The notes: generated by a model not told the origin, from the letters alone. 64,000 nucleotides of DNA from an uncultured archaeon (GCA_964610875.1 CAZSWP010000017.1:1-64000); one strand, 5' to 3'; shown: positions 39,352 to 50,160, counted from the stretch's first letter. Made by a program: numbers and translations.

Positions 39352-40569
39352 TTGGCAAAAGTCACGAAAGCATCCTACGCGGTGCTTATTGCTTGTACTA
39401 TTGCACATTTTATGAATCACGTTTACAGCGGTGCTTTATCTCCTTTCATGCCACTAATCAGAGACGAGCTCTCCCTCAGCTTGACAGAAGTTGGGATGAT
39501 CACTAGTGCAGTCATTGTTACAATGACATTAGCTCATTTCATAATCGGTTATCTAGGAGACCGTGGATGGCGGGACATCTTCATCTCGATTAGTGTATTA
39601 TCAGCATCTATTGTCATGCTATTCGCAAGTTTTGCAACAAGTTTTCTCTTTCTTCTTGGAACACAGATAGCACTTGGATTAGGTGTTTCAGGATATCATC
39701 CTTCCTCATTTCCTGCAATTTCAGATAGGTTCCCAAAACGAGAACGCGCAAAAGCTGTCGGTGTTAATGCTATGGGCGGTTTAGTAGGTATGGCTATGAT
39801 TCCTGCAATGGGAGTAGCATTCCTCGTGTTACTAGGAGGTTGGCGTGAGTCTGTTCTTGCATTAGGTTTCCTTGGAGTTCTCTTCTTCATACCTACATTT
39901 GCTTTGATGAGATATTCAGGATCCCCAAGACATGCGATGGAAGAGAACACATCTGAAGTCTGTGAAGGAACAAATGAATGGACACGGAACTACTACATCG
40001 TGATTCTATATGCAATGTTGAGAGGTATACCATTTCGATGTACAACACTACTCATGCCAATATATCTGGTAGACCAATATGGATACGAACCAGTTTGGGC
40101 AGGTTCATTGACCGCAGTTATGTTGGTTGCAGGACTAGCAGCAGAGATTATTTCAGCTCCAATCTCGGATAAATCAGGCAAAAGAGTCGCATTCATGGCT
40201 TTATCAATGGGTCTCTCAGTACCATTTTTCCTATTACTTAACTACTCTCTGAATCTACCCGCTCTCATTGCGGTTCTAATTGGAATAGGATTCCTATACT
40301 TTTTTGGTGTCCCACCTGGTCAAGCCTACGAAACGGAAGTGTGTCCTCAAAATGCCAAAGGGTTGGCATTTGGTGTATTGTTTTCACTAGGTGCAATTCC
40401 AGGAGCATTATCACCAATTGTTTTCGGTTATATTGGAGATGTATACGGGTTAGAGGTATCAATCCTCTTCTTGGCTGTTGTATCACTCATAGGAACAATA
40501 GTGACTCTCTTCTTGAGAGATATAAAACCACAACAAGACGAGATTTCTTTTTATCACAAAGAAGTTTGA
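39352..40569 (+). CDS. MFS transporter
   Basis: About 12 TM helices; GYLGDRG, ISDKSGKR, GYIGDVYG, YHP. Confidence 0.93.
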   Translation: MAKVTKASYAVLIACTIAHFMNHVYSGALSPFMPLIRDELSLSLTEVGMITSAVIVTMTLAHFIIGYLGDRGWRDIFISISVLSASIVMLFASFATSFLFLLGTQIALGLGVSGYHPSSFPAISDRFPKRERAKAVGVNAMGGLVGMAMIPAMGVAFLVLLGGWRESVLALGFLGVLFFIPTFALMRYSGSPRHAMEENTSEVCEGTNEWTRNYYIVILYAMLRGIPFRCTTLLMPIYLVDQYGYEPVWAGSLTAVMLVAGLAAEIISAPISDKSGKRVAFMALSMGLSVPFFLLLNYSLNLPALIAVLIGIGFLYFFGVPPGQAYETEVCPQNAKGLAFGVLFSLGAIPGALSPIVFGYIGDVYGLEVSILFLAVVSLIGTIVTLFLRDIKPQQDEISFYHKEV

Positions 40570-40642
40570 TTTTCTTCACGAATTGGTGTCAATGGTACAT
40601 TAGGCAATCAGTTCAAACAAACTTGGAAGTGAAAAAGAAAAG

Positions 40643-40840
40643 TTGTCAGCCAAACCAACAAAGGTAGAAAATTTACAGATGTGGCATAAGGAATTCAAAA
40701 CAGGCATTGGCGCACTGGCAAAAGCCAAGTTGATTACAGCAGATGAAAAGAAGGCGAAGCTCGCAGAGTACGATACAGCCTTCAAGGACCTAATCAAAGA
40801 AGAAAAGACTAAGATGAAGACTAAGGCCAAGAAGAAATAG
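40643..40840 (+). CDS. Small Lys-rich helical protein
   Basis: 65-aa ORF, stand-alone in the gap, followed at once by a strong hairpin/T-tract. Confidence 0.7.
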   Translation: MSAKPTKVENLQMWHKEFKTGIGALAKAKLITADEKKAKLAEYDTAFKDLIKEEKTKMKTKAKKK

Positions 40841-40871
40841 GAGTATTCGTACTCCTACTTCTCCTTTTTTT
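40838..40871 (+). terminator. UUCG hairpin plus T-tract
   Basis: TAGGAGTA-TTCG-TACTCCTA then T7. Confidence 0.7.
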
Positions 40872-40931
40872 GGTAGTTCATGCATGTTACTATAGTCAAG
40901 CCTTTAACGTTCTCTTTTTTCCCTCGACTCA

Positions 40932-41765
40932 ATGCAAGACTATCATATCCACCCCAATTATTCAATAGATGCAAAAGGCGAGCTTGACGAGTTTTGTGAA
41001 GCTGCACTGAAAGCAGGTCTTACAGAGATTGCATTCACTACTCATCTAGATAGTGACCCAGCCACAAATGATAATGTCGTTTTAGTCGAAGGAAAATTAG
41101 TTGATGTGAAGTCAGACTATTGGCTACAACACTATGAGCAGTCCATTAGAGAGATTGGAGATGTATATGCTGAACAGGGCTTGATTGTCCTGCTCGGAGT
41201 CGAACTTGAACTCTATCCAGGTGTTGCTGGTAATCTGCCTGATTGTTTCTTTTCAACAGACTTCGACCTCATTCTAGGTTCAGCACACCTAATTGATCAC
41301 TTGGCAATATCGGTAGAAAAGGAAGCAATGACCGTGTTCGCAAAGCATACAATGCAGGATTTAGGAGAGAAGTATTTCAATCTATTAATGGATGGGATTG
41401 ATGAAGGACTCGTGGATATACTCGCACATATCGACCTTTATAGAAGATATGGTGAACTCTTCTACGAGGAATGTATCAAAACACTCTGGGAACCGCATAT
41501 TGAAGAGCTCACGAAAAGAATGAAAAAACGGGATGTGGGTTTTGAAATCAATACATCCACGTGGAGAAAAGGACAAGTAGAACCAATGCCATCACCGGAA
41601 TTGGCATCAGTTCTGATTTCCAAAGGTATTGATAGGGTAACAGTCGGTTCTGATGCCCATGAACCCAGCTTCGTTGGCTCAGGTATTGAGAGGGCTATCA
41701 AAATCTTACAGGAGATCGGCATCGCTAATCCGACCAGAATGCGTCACCGTAAGAGAATCATTTGA
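40932..41765 (+). CDS. PHP-family histidinol-phosphatase-like protein
   Basis: DYHIH, FTTH, LGVE, LGSAH, LAHID, FEINTS, GSDAH. Confidence 0.88.
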   Translation: MQDYHIHPNYSIDAKGELDEFCEAALKAGLTEIAFTTHLDSDPATNDNVVLVEGKLVDVKSDYWLQHYEQSIREIGDVYAEQGLIVLLGVELELYPGVAGNLPDCFFSTDFDLILGSAHLIDHLAISVEKEAMTVFAKHTMQDLGEKYFNLLMDGIDEGLVDILAHIDLYRRYGELFYEECIKTLWEPHIEELTKRMKKRDVGFEINTSTWRKGQVEPMPSPELASVLISKGIDRVTVGSDAHEPSFVGSGIERAIKILQEIGIANPTRMRHRKRII

Positions 41766-41816
41766 CTTTATGAGAAGGAATACTGTGATAAGTAGGCTTG
41801 CATACTGATTTAGAGT

Positions 41817-42239
41817 ATGAATAATCGAACTCCCTTCCTACTTTGTCTAATCGGTGGAATCCTATTGATTATCACTAGTATTGCAGGAAGCATTGGTTTC
41901 TTTGGAGATCTAATTGCTTATGCTGCTGCAGCATTTCCAGGTTTCGCAGGAATATTGGAATGGATATTAGTTATCCTGAGTTTCATAGCTGGACTTGGAG
42001 GTGTAGGTGTCATAGTTGGGGGTTTCTTGCTTACAAGAAACCGTGTTGGAACTGGCAAATTTATCATTGGTATAGCAGCAGGGATGGGACTAATTGGTCT
42101 GATAATCAACCTAATACAGATTTTCCTAGTTGGAGGAGCTTTGGGTACTCTCAACATTGTTGCTTTGGGACTTCAGTCACCCGGATGGATTGGTGCGTTC
42201 ATCACAATTCCAGCTCGAAGAATGGCTTCTGGTGAATAG
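41817..42239 (+). CDS. Gly-rich small membrane protein
   Basis: About four hydrophobic Gly-rich helices. Confidence 0.75.
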   Translation: MNNRTPFLLCLIGGILLIITSIAGSIGFFGDLIAYAAAAFPGFAGILEWILVILSFIAGLGGVGVIVGGFLLTRNRVGTGKFIIGIAAGMGLIGLIINLIQIFLVGGALGTLNIVALGLQSPGWIGAFITIPARRMASGE

Positions 42240-42262
42240 TTACTTCACAATGCTTATTCCAG

Positions 42263-42940
42263 TTGTTTCAGAACCATAATACGGTAGATATGAACACGAA
42301 AGATGGAACAACTCTTCAGAGAGCAATACAACTAATGGAAAATGGTGATTTCAGTACAACAGTTGATATCTTACAAGAATTTCTTGAGAATAATCCTACA
42401 TCTCTGGAGGGATGGTATAATCTTGGATATGCTCTATCGGAGATAGATAAGGAAGAAGATGCTATCAAAGCATATGATGAAGCTTTGGCAATTGATAACA
42501 TGATCTTTGAAATCTGGTTCAATAAAGCAAATGTGTTGTATAATTTAGGTGATTTCGGGAAAGCACGTGAGTGCTATGAACGAGCAGTAGAGCTAAACCC
42601 GGACGATGCAGAAGCTTGGAACAATTTGGGTAATTGTTATTCACGATTGACAGAGGGAGAGAAAGCAATCGAAGCATACACCAGAGCTGTGGCTGCTAAA
42701 CCAGACTATGCAGAAGCATACTATAACAAAGCAAACGCACATTTCATCGAGGAACAAGATGAACAAGCAATAGTCTATGCAGAAACAGCTGTGAGATTAA
42801 AGCCAATTCTTGGAAAACTTGTTGATGAATGGATACAAGTTGCTAGAGACCGGCTTGCTGCTCGTGAGGCGGAAAAGATTCATAGAGAGAAACAGAAAAT
42901 ATTGAGTAGAATCTCTGATGAGAATGAACCAGACGATTGA
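42263..42940 (+). CDS. TPR protein
   Basis: WYNLGYAL, WFNKANVL, AWNNLGNCY, AYYNKANAH. Confidence 0.93.
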   Translation: MFQNHNTVDMNTKDGTTLQRAIQLMENGDFSTTVDILQEFLENNPTSLEGWYNLGYALSEIDKEEDAIKAYDEALAIDNMIFEIWFNKANVLYNLGDFGKARECYERAVELNPDDAEAWNNLGNCYSRLTEGEKAIEAYTRAVAAKPDYAEAYYNKANAHFIEEQDEQAIVYAETAVRLKPILGKLVDEWIQVARDRLAAREAEKIHREKQKILSRISDENEPDD

Positions 42941-42998
42941 TTTCGTAATTCATTACTTCTAAAAGGGAAAGAAGTGTCAACAGAAGTGGTGCAGTACC

Positions 42999-43550
42999 TT
43001 GATGGGTGTAGCAGCAGATGTTGATATGAGTAGTAACAAAGTAAAGATGATAGGATTGGCTGCAGTTCTAATAATCGTAGGCGGAATTATTACAGCATGG
43101 TTGACTGGATGGGGTTATCTCCCATTTGTCGCACAGTATGCTAATCCAGCAGCCATTTTGGGAATCACAATCCTGACTGGAAGCATTTTGATTTGCTGCA
43201 CTGCATCAATGTTGACTGGCTCCTTTGCTTCAAGGATTCCTGAATATGGAGAAATGGAAATCGCATTTGAGAAAGGTATGGACCATTACAATGCAGAAGA
43301 GTGGGAGGACGCGCTTGAAGTTTTTCAAAAACTGATGGGGCCCGAGCTGGATCATAAGCGTGCACTCTACTATGGTGCAAAATGCTGTGAGAAGCTCGAT
43401 AACACTGAATGCGTGATAAAGTACTTAGAACGATATGTTGAGCTGCAATCAAAAGACAAAGAAGCCTGGTTAATGCTTGCAAAGGCGCATAAGCGTTTGT
43501 TCCAATACGAAGAAGCTCAAAGAGCAGAACAGAAAGCTATGGAATTGTAA
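42999..43550 (+). CDS. Membrane-anchored TPR protein
   Basis: Two TM helices then TPR-like ALYYGAKC and AWLMLAKAH. Confidence 0.8.
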   Translation: MMGVAADVDMSSNKVKMIGLAAVLIIVGGIITAWLTGWGYLPFVAQYANPAAILGITILTGSILICCTASMLTGSFASRIPEYGEMEIAFEKGMDHYNAEEWEDALEVFQKLMGPELDHKRALYYGAKCCEKLDNTECVIKYLERYVELQSKDKEAWLMLAKAHKRLFQYEEAQRAEQKAMEL

Positions 43551-43614
43551 GTAGTCGGGCAAAGAATAAGTGCAGAATTGTTCTCCAAACAGGTAGCTTG
43601 GAGGACCATGTGAA

Positions 43615-45906
43615 TTGCATAACTTGAATGATATCTGCAAAATCGAAGTGTCAGATGATGCAATCAGTCTAAGTAACGAAACAATTACAGTAACATATGA
43701 CACTAGATTAGGTACTATAGCATTACACCATCATGAGAAAAAAGTGAAGATCTTTGACCGATCATATATCCTCGTGCATACTGATACACAGGTCTTTGAC
43801 TCAAGAAAAATGATTTACAAATCCTTCAGTGCTTTAGATTTCAAAGATGAAGGGCTGAAAGGTAAGTCAGTTATTCTCCGTGTTCAAGATATGGACGGCA
43901 CAGCTGAGATGAACATTAGACTCTCAGTGATTGAGAGAACAATGGGATACATGTGCAGGATTCAGTTCAAAAACAAAGCTGCTGAACTGAGAATGAAAGC
44001 GATTGATACTCTGGTCCTTGATGTTGATGACTCATCAAGGATAATCACAGGATGGGACGGTTCTAAACTAAGATTATTCCATAACGGATTTCATTCTTGG
44101 GAACTCAGTCAGGCGAAACAAATTAAACAGGGAGAGAATTTGAGTCATTTCTATTCAGTATTGAATAATATTCAATCACATGATGCACTAGTAATTGGCT
44201 ATACCACGTTTGATAACCAACTCTCCGAAGTTTCAGCCTTCGGAAGAAAGGAGGAAGAAAAACGTCTTGCACAAATTGTTGCAACATGTAAACTTGATGC
44301 AATTCCTCTCACTGAAAAAGATACTATTCTATCAGAAGAGATGCAAGTACTTGTATCCGAAGACGCGCTAACATCACTTTCTCTCTATATGGATATTGTT
44401 TCTAACCGCATGGAAGCACTGACCTGGGAGAAGGTTCCAACGGGGTGGTGTACATGGTATTTCTATTACACACAGGTCGATGAAATTGAAGTAATGGAGA
44501 ATACAGAATTCCTTGCAAAGAGGTATCCAGAGAAGATTGAGTGGATACAGATCGATGACGGGTTTCAAAAATCAGTAGGTGACTGGGAGGAGAATCAGCG
44601 GTTTAGTAGTGGATTGGAAGGACTAGTAGAAAAAATAAAGATAGAAGGTTTCAGACCAGGAATTTGGCTTGCACCTTTTGTCGCAGCAGAACATTCGGAG
44701 GTTTTCAAGGATAAACCGGATTGGTTTATCAGAAATTTGGATAATATACCCATAATAGCAGACCAAAATCCATTATGGCTAGGCAACTATTACGCACTTG
44801 ACCTTTCCAATCCTCATGTAATCAACCACATCAAAGATATGTTTGCCAAATTCAAGGAATATGGATTTGAATACTTCAAGATCGATTTTCTCCATTATGC
44901 AACAATGGAAGGTATACGCTATGATATGAAAATGACTCGAGCTCAAGCATTCAAGCAAGGAATGGATGCTATCAGAGAAGCAGTTGGCAATGATATGATT
45001 TTAGGCTGTGGCGCACCAATAGGACCTTGCGTCGGAAAAGTCAATATGATGAGAATTGGAACAGATATAGCTACTAGCTGGCGCTATGATTGGGGAGCCG
45101 GAGTCTACGAGTGTTCAATAAATACAATGACACGTGCAGTAATGCATGATCGACTCTGGATAAATGATCCAGACTGTGTTCTTGTACGCCAAGATGATAA
45201 CGAACTCACTCTGGATGAGATTCGACTGTGGCTTTCAGTGGTTGCTTTGAGTGGAGGAGCTGTATTGCTAAGTGATAGAATGACAGAAGTTTCGGATGAA
45301 CGACTTGCCTTACTTGATAAAATCTTACCATCCTATAGAAAGAGTGCTTTGGCTCTAGACAGCCTAGAAATTGAAGAACCACGCATCTTCGCTCTTCCGA
45401 TTGAAACTGAACACTCCAGCTGGGCAGTAGTGGCGGTCGTGAATCTATCTGAGAACCCAATAGATGTTTCAGTCTCAATGGAAGACCTTGGTTTTCAAGA
45501 TGACGACAGATTCCATGTATTTGAATTTTGGACGGAGAAATATCATGGAGAGTCTGAGCCAATAATCAACATAACTGGATTGAAGCCTCATAGCTGCAAA
45601 TTATTGGTCCTTCGACCTGTTGTAGAAGAGCCTTGTCTACTAAGTACCAGTATTCACTTCACACAAGGTGCAATCGAAGTTACAGACACAGATTGGAATG
45701 CAGGTGGTAGTGAGCTTTCCCTGACTGTTAATACTAACACACGTAATCCCGAATCATTGTTTTTTGTCTTTAGTAAGAAGTGGACTCCTTTAGCTGGATA
45801 TGTTGATGAAAAGAAGATAGAGTTTGATGAAATTGCTCCTGAAGTAATTGCTTTGAAACAGCAGTTCAAGAAAGGTCAGACTATTAGGATTAAATTTTCA
45901 CATTGA
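43615..45906 (+). CDS. Glycoside hydrolase family 36 (alpha-galactosidase-like)
   Basis: GWCTWY, IQIDDGFQ, GIWLAPF, YFKIDF (nucleophile), MRIGTD (acid/base), NDPD. Confidence 0.9.
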   Translation: MHNLNDICKIEVSDDAISLSNETITVTYDTRLGTIALHHHEKKVKIFDRSYILVHTDTQVFDSRKMIYKSFSALDFKDEGLKGKSVILRVQDMDGTAEMNIRLSVIERTMGYMCRIQFKNKAAELRMKAIDTLVLDVDDSSRIITGWDGSKLRLFHNGFHSWELSQAKQIKQGENLSHFYSVLNNIQSHDALVIGYTTFDNQLSEVSAFGRKEEEKRLAQIVATCKLDAIPLTEKDTILSEEMQVLVSEDALTSLSLYMDIVSNRMEALTWEKVPTGWCTWYFYYTQVDEIEVMENTEFLAKRYPEKIEWIQIDDGFQKSVGDWEENQRFSSGLEGLVEKIKIEGFRPGIWLAPFVAAEHSEVFKDKPDWFIRNLDNIPIIADQNPLWLGNYYALDLSNPHVINHIKDMFAKFKEYGFEYFKIDFLHYATMEGIRYDMKMTRAQAFKQGMDAIREAVGNDMILGCGAPIGPCVGKVNMMRIGTDIATSWRYDWGAGVYECSINTMTRAVMHDRLWINDPDCVLVRQDDNELTLDEIRLWLSVVALSGGAVLLSDRMTEVSDERLALLDKILPSYRKSALALDSLEIEEPRIFALPIETEHSSWAVVAVVNLSENPIDVSVSMEDLGFQDDDRFHVFEFWTEKYHGESEPIINITGLKPHSCKLLVLRPVVEEPCLLSTSIHFTQGAIEVTDTDWNAGGSELSLTVNTNTRNPESLFFVFSKKWTPLAGYVDEKKIEFDEIAPEVIALKQQFKKGQTIRIKFSH

Positions 45907-45907
45907 G

Positions 45908-46816
45908 TTATGCTCGATCTACGTGATTTTTCAGAGTACCAATCTTGTCTATGTGCATTTCAACTTCATCTCCCGGTTTCAAGAATTCCTTTGGATCACG
46001 TGCATTTCCAACGCCTCCAGGAGTTCCAGTAGCTATGACATCACCGGGTTCAAGTGTGAATGACTGAGATAAGTAAGAGATTATCTTGGGTACATTGTGA
46101 AGTAAGTTTGATGTGTTTGATTCCTGCTTAATGATGTCGTTGACTTTTGTGTACATATAAAGCCCAGAAGCATCTCCAAGCTCATCGGTCGTTACTATCC
46201 TTGGACCCATTGGACAGAATGTGTCCATTGATTTTGAACGTACAAATTGTACGTCAGCGAATTGAAGGTCTCTTGCACTTACATCATTGATGATAGTGTA
46301 TCCCGCAACATAATCCAGTGCTACACGTCCTTTTACATCTTTACAGTCCTTTCCGATTATTATTGCAAGTTCAATTTCCCAATCAATCTCTTTTGCTATT
46401 CTTGGAATTCTAATTGCATCATTAGGACCAATAATGGTCGATGGAAATTTAGCAAAGATGACTGGAAAATCTGGTACTTCACTACCAGTTTCTTCGATGT
46501 GCTCCTCATAATTCAGACCCAGAGCCACTATCTTACCAGGTTGAAGTAAAGGTGCTTTGTATTTTATTTTGGAGTAATCATATATCAGAGGACGGACTGC
46601 ATCACTGGTTCCAGAATATGATTCAACTATCTGGCGAACCACATTCAATCCGGATTCCCATTTCAGGAGTTCTATCATTGTCGATGGGAAGGGTTTACCG
46701 TGTATCTGGTATTTGCGTCCAAATCGCGACGCAGCCTCAGGAATATCCAGAACACCACCTTCCATCTCAACACCGATGGAAGGAACCCCAAGACGAGTGT
46801 AGGTTACTAGGCGCAT
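45908..46816 (-). CDS. Fumarylacetoacetate hydrolase family protein
   Basis: LGLNY.EH, DWEIEL, NDVSARD, KSMDTFCPMGP, TGTPGGVG. Confidence 0.95.
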   Translation of the reverse strand: MRLVTYTRLGVPSIGVEMEGGVLDIPEAASRFGRKYQIHGKPFPSTMIELLKWESGLNVVRQIVESYSGTSDAVRPLIYDYSKIKYKAPLLQPGKIVALGLNYEEHIEETGSEVPDFPVIFAKFPSTIIGPNDAIRIPRIAKEIDWEIELAIIIGKDCKDVKGRVALDYVAGYTIINDVSARDLQFADVQFVRSKSMDTFCPMGPRIVTTDELGDASGLYMYTKVNDIIKQESNTSNLLHNVPKIISYLSQSFTLEPGDVIATGTPGGVGNARDPKEFLKPGDEVEMHIDKIGTLKNHVDRA

Positions 46817-46880
46817 GTGTTAATACAGAGGAAACGCTTCATTTATGGGTAGTGGTGTAATGTTTCTCAACGGTGATAAT

Positions 46881-47210
46881 ATGTCTGAAGCGCGTACCCT
46901 CGATGAACTCCCAGATCAGGTCTTTGTTCCTCTTGGTAGAAGAGGAATGGAAGGTATTCCATTGAAAGAGTGTGCCTATGAATGCGATGGTAAAGAGATC
47001 AGATTACTAGATGTTAAAAGCTCACCTCTTGAAAAGGATGATGATGGACTTGACCAGCATATTGAAGACTGGTATGTTACCTGTGAAAAATGTAAGAGGA
47101 AGTTCACAATCAGATGCAAGACGCGTTTCAAGGATGATGAACGCCTTGATACCTATGTTTCAATTATCGATGATGAAGGAACTAATTTGGGATGGTTAGG
47201 TAGTTACTAG
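46881..47210 (+). CDS. Hypothetical protein with Cys pairs (possible Zn ribbon)
   Basis: CAYEC...CEKC; abuts the leuB-like gene. Confidence 0.7.
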   Translation: MSEARTLDELPDQVFVPLGRRGMEGIPLKECAYECDGKEIRLLDVKSSPLEKDDDGLDQHIEDWYVTCEKCKRKFTIRCKTRFKDDERLDTYVSIIDDEGTNLGWLGSY

Positions 47211-47211
47211 G

Positions 47212-48369
47212 GTGAAAATAATGAGCGGGAGTTTCAAGATTGCGGTGCTTCCCGGAGACGGTATCGGAAAGGAAGTAGTTGATCAAGCACTGAGGATACT
47301 AAAGAGTGTTCAAGAACTCGTTGATGGGTTCTCATTGAGCTATCATAAGTTTGATTGTGGAGGAGCATATTATGCGAACACTGGCCGCGAATGGGATGAG
47401 GAAGCGGAGAAGTTTGTGAAAGAAGAAGCTGATGCAGTTCTACTTGGAGCAGTTGGTGCTGAAGGAAGTGATGGAAACCCAATTAGAAGACCTGATGGAC
47501 ATCTTGCAGGATATAGTATAGTGATTGGTCTGAGAATGGATTTGGACCTATATGCAAATGTTAGACCCGTAGAACTTTATGAAGGCGTACCAACTCCTCT
47601 GAAGGTACCTAGTTCTGATGTGAAAATGACAATAATTAGGGAGAACACTGAAGGTTTGTATGCACCTGCAAGAGGTGGTCTCGATAGAAAAGGAGAACGC
47701 GAGATAGCCATTGACAATCGGATAATCACAAAAAAAGGAAGTAGAAGAGTAGCTGAATTCGCATTTGAACTAGCACTAAAAGGATCTGGAGCTCCAGAGG
47801 ATGAAAAGAAACGTGTGACATGTGTTGATAAGAGTAATCTCCTGGCAGGATGTCAATTATTCAGAGAAACATTCAGACAGGTAGCAGGTTCCTATCCCAA
47901 AGTCGAAGCTGATTATGCATATGTTGATGCATTTGCACAGTGGATTGTGAAAAACCCAGCACATTATGATGTTGTAGTAACTCCTAACGAGTTCGGAGAC
48001 ATACTCACAGACCTTGGTGCGGCCCTTCAAGGTGGATTAGGAATGGCTCCTGCTGGAAATATTGGGGAGTCTAAGGGTGTCTTTGAACCTGTCCACGGCT
48101 CTGCTCCAAAATATGCGGGGAAGAATTCTGTGAATCCGACAGCAGCAATATTGGCTGCTTCAATGATGCTCGAGTGGTTGGGAGAAAAATATGGAAATAG
48201 CAAGTGTATTGATGCAGGACGACGGATTAAGCATGCAGTGAAGGCGGTTCTCATAGAAGGTAAGATTCGAACATTCGACCTTTGTGTAGACAAATGGGAT
48301 TCAATTTCTCCGGCATCCACTAGTAAGATGGCTGATGCAATTATTGATCAAATGAAAAGACAAGCGTAA
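47212..48369 (+). CDS. leuB: Isopropylmalate/isocitrate dehydrogenase family
   Basis: PGDGIGKEV, YANVRP, RENTEGLY, DKSN, FGDILTD, EPVHGSAP. Confidence 0.85.
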   Translation: MKIMSGSFKIAVLPGDGIGKEVVDQALRILKSVQELVDGFSLSYHKFDCGGAYYANTGREWDEEAEKFVKEEADAVLLGAVGAEGSDGNPIRRPDGHLAGYSIVIGLRMDLDLYANVRPVELYEGVPTPLKVPSSDVKMTIIRENTEGLYAPARGGLDRKGEREIAIDNRIITKKGSRRVAEFAFELALKGSGAPEDEKKRVTCVDKSNLLAGCQLFRETFRQVAGSYPKVEADYAYVDAFAQWIVKNPAHYDVVVTPNEFGDILTDLGAALQGGLGMAPAGNIGESKGVFEPVHGSAPKYAGKNSVNPTAAILAASMMLEWLGEKYGNSKCIDAGRRIKHAVKAVLIEGKIRTFDLCVDKWDSISPASTSKMADAIIDQMKRQA

Positions 48370-48372
48370 GAG

Positions 48373-49647
48373 GTGTATATAGTGGGGAAGACACTTGCTG
48401 AGAAACTAATGGCAGCTCACACTATAGAAGGGTCTGCTGAAGCTGGAGAGATCATTGAAGCGGAAGTCGACCTAATTATGGTTCATGAAGTTCTGGGTTC
48501 TCGAATCATACCTGTGCTTGATGAGATGGGAGTTGAGGAAGTTTGGGACTCAGATAAGATACTTGTTGTAAATGACCACTGGGCACCTGCATCAGACATT
48601 CAAAGTGCTGAAATTCATATGAGAAATAGAGAGTTTGTAAAGAAACACAATATCATGCATTTCTGTGATGTTGATTGTGGTATATCACATCAAGTACTCC
48701 CAGAGATGGGTTTGGTAACACCAGGTGACTTCATCATAGGCAGTGACTCACACTCGACTACATACGGAGCTTTCAATGCTTTTTCAGCAGGGCTTGCGGC
48801 AACCGACAGTGCATTAATCTTGGCTACTGGTAAGTGTTGGTTCAGGGTACCTGAGTCAATTAAGGTGACAGTGACAGGTGACCTACAGGACCGAGTTATG
48901 AGTAAAGACCTCATACTCGGAATTATTGCTGATCTTGGTCCAGATGGAGCAAATTACCAATCACTCGAATTCACTGGCGATACTATTGACAAGATGAGCA
49001 TCGGGTCTCGAATGACTATGTGCAATATGAGTGTGGAAGCAGGAGCAAAGTGTGCACCCATGACTGTCAATTATGCCGTTGAGGAATGGATGAATGAATG
49101 GGCACCGATGAAAAAATGGTCAACAACCAACCCGGATAAAGATGCAGAGTATGCTGAGAGTCTAAGCTATGACCTTGCAGAGGAAAAGCTTGAACCAATT
49201 GTGGCAATACCACATAGTCCTGCTAATGGAAAACCTATCAGTGAAGTTTTAGGAATAGAAATAGATCAGGCATTCCTTGGTTCTTGTACAAACGGACGTC
49301 TGGAAGACTTGGCAATTGCGGTGGAGATACTAAAAGGTAAGAAGATTCACAAAGATACTAGATTGATAGTAACTCCGGCTAGTAAAATAACATACATGAA
49401 AGCTTTGGAATTAGGTTATGTTCAGGAACTAATGAAAGCTGGAGCAATCGTAACAAATAGTACATGCGGAGCCTGTGTGGGGGGACATCTTGGTGTGCTT
49501 GGACCCGGAGAAGTATGTATCTCAAGTACTAATAGGAACTTCAGAGGTCGAATGGGAGATCGTGAATCTTTAATCTATCTGGCGAGTCCAGCGACTGTAG
49601 CTGCTAGTGCAATCAATGGTGAGATTACCGACCCAAGGGAGGTATGA
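48373..49647 (+). CDS. leuC: 3-isopropylmalate dehydratase/homoaconitase large subunit
   Basis: DH, GSDSHS, FLGSCTNGR, CGACVG, STNRNFRGRMG, LASP. Confidence 0.88.
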   Translation: MYIVGKTLAEKLMAAHTIEGSAEAGEIIEAEVDLIMVHEVLGSRIIPVLDEMGVEEVWDSDKILVVNDHWAPASDIQSAEIHMRNREFVKKHNIMHFCDVDCGISHQVLPEMGLVTPGDFIIGSDSHSTTYGAFNAFSAGLAATDSALILATGKCWFRVPESIKVTVTGDLQDRVMSKDLILGIIADLGPDGANYQSLEFTGDTIDKMSIGSRMTMCNMSVEAGAKCAPMTVNYAVEEWMNEWAPMKKWSTTNPDKDAEYAESLSYDLAEEKLEPIVAIPHSPANGKPISEVLGIEIDQAFLGSCTNGRLEDLAIAVEILKGKKIHKDTRLIVTPASKITYMKALELGYVQELMKAGAIVTNSTCGACVGGHLGVLGPGEVCISSTNRNFRGRMGDRESLIYLASPATVAASAINGEITDPREV

Positions 49648-49650
49648 TTC

Positions 49651-50160
49651 GTGAGCCCGGATTTTTCAAGTATCAAGGGCAAGTGTTGGGTATTTGGAGA
49701 TAACGTTGATACCGACCAAATCATCCAAGGACGATATCTTACTATGCTTGATTATTCCAAGATGGCAAAGCATACCTTTGAAGTGATTCGTCCAGATTTT
49801 GCTGCTTCTGTGAAAGAGGGAGACGTCATTGTTGCGGGGAAGAATTTTGGTGCAGGCTCATCAAGAGAGGAAGCCCCAATGGTACTTAGAGAACTCGGTG
49901 TCAATTGTATTGTAGCGGAGTCATTTGCAAGAATATTCTATAGAAATGCATTCAATGTAGGACTACCAGTTATTATTGTCCCAAAAATTTCTGATAATGT
50001 AAGAGAAGGAGATGAACTTTCAATAGACCTTACAAGTGGTGAGGTCAAGAACCTTTCATCTGACACTATTCTGCAGGGCTCGAAGACGCCAAAGATGATG
50101 CTAAGAATGCTCAAAGCAGGAGGAGCTGTAGCCCTCTATCGAAAAGAGTACAATTCATGA
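49651..50160 (+). CDS. leuD: 3-isopropylmalate dehydratase/homoaconitase small subunit
   Basis: GDNVDTDQII, NFGAGSSREEA, SFARIFYRNA. Confidence 0.88.
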   Translation: MSPDFSSIKGKCWVFGDNVDTDQIIQGRYLTMLDYSKMAKHTFEVIRPDFAASVKEGDVIVAGKNFGAGSSREEAPMVLRELGVNCIVAESFARIFYRNAFNVGLPVIIVPKISDNVREGDELSIDLTSGEVKNLSSDTILQGSKTPKMMLRMLKAGGAVALYRKEYNS

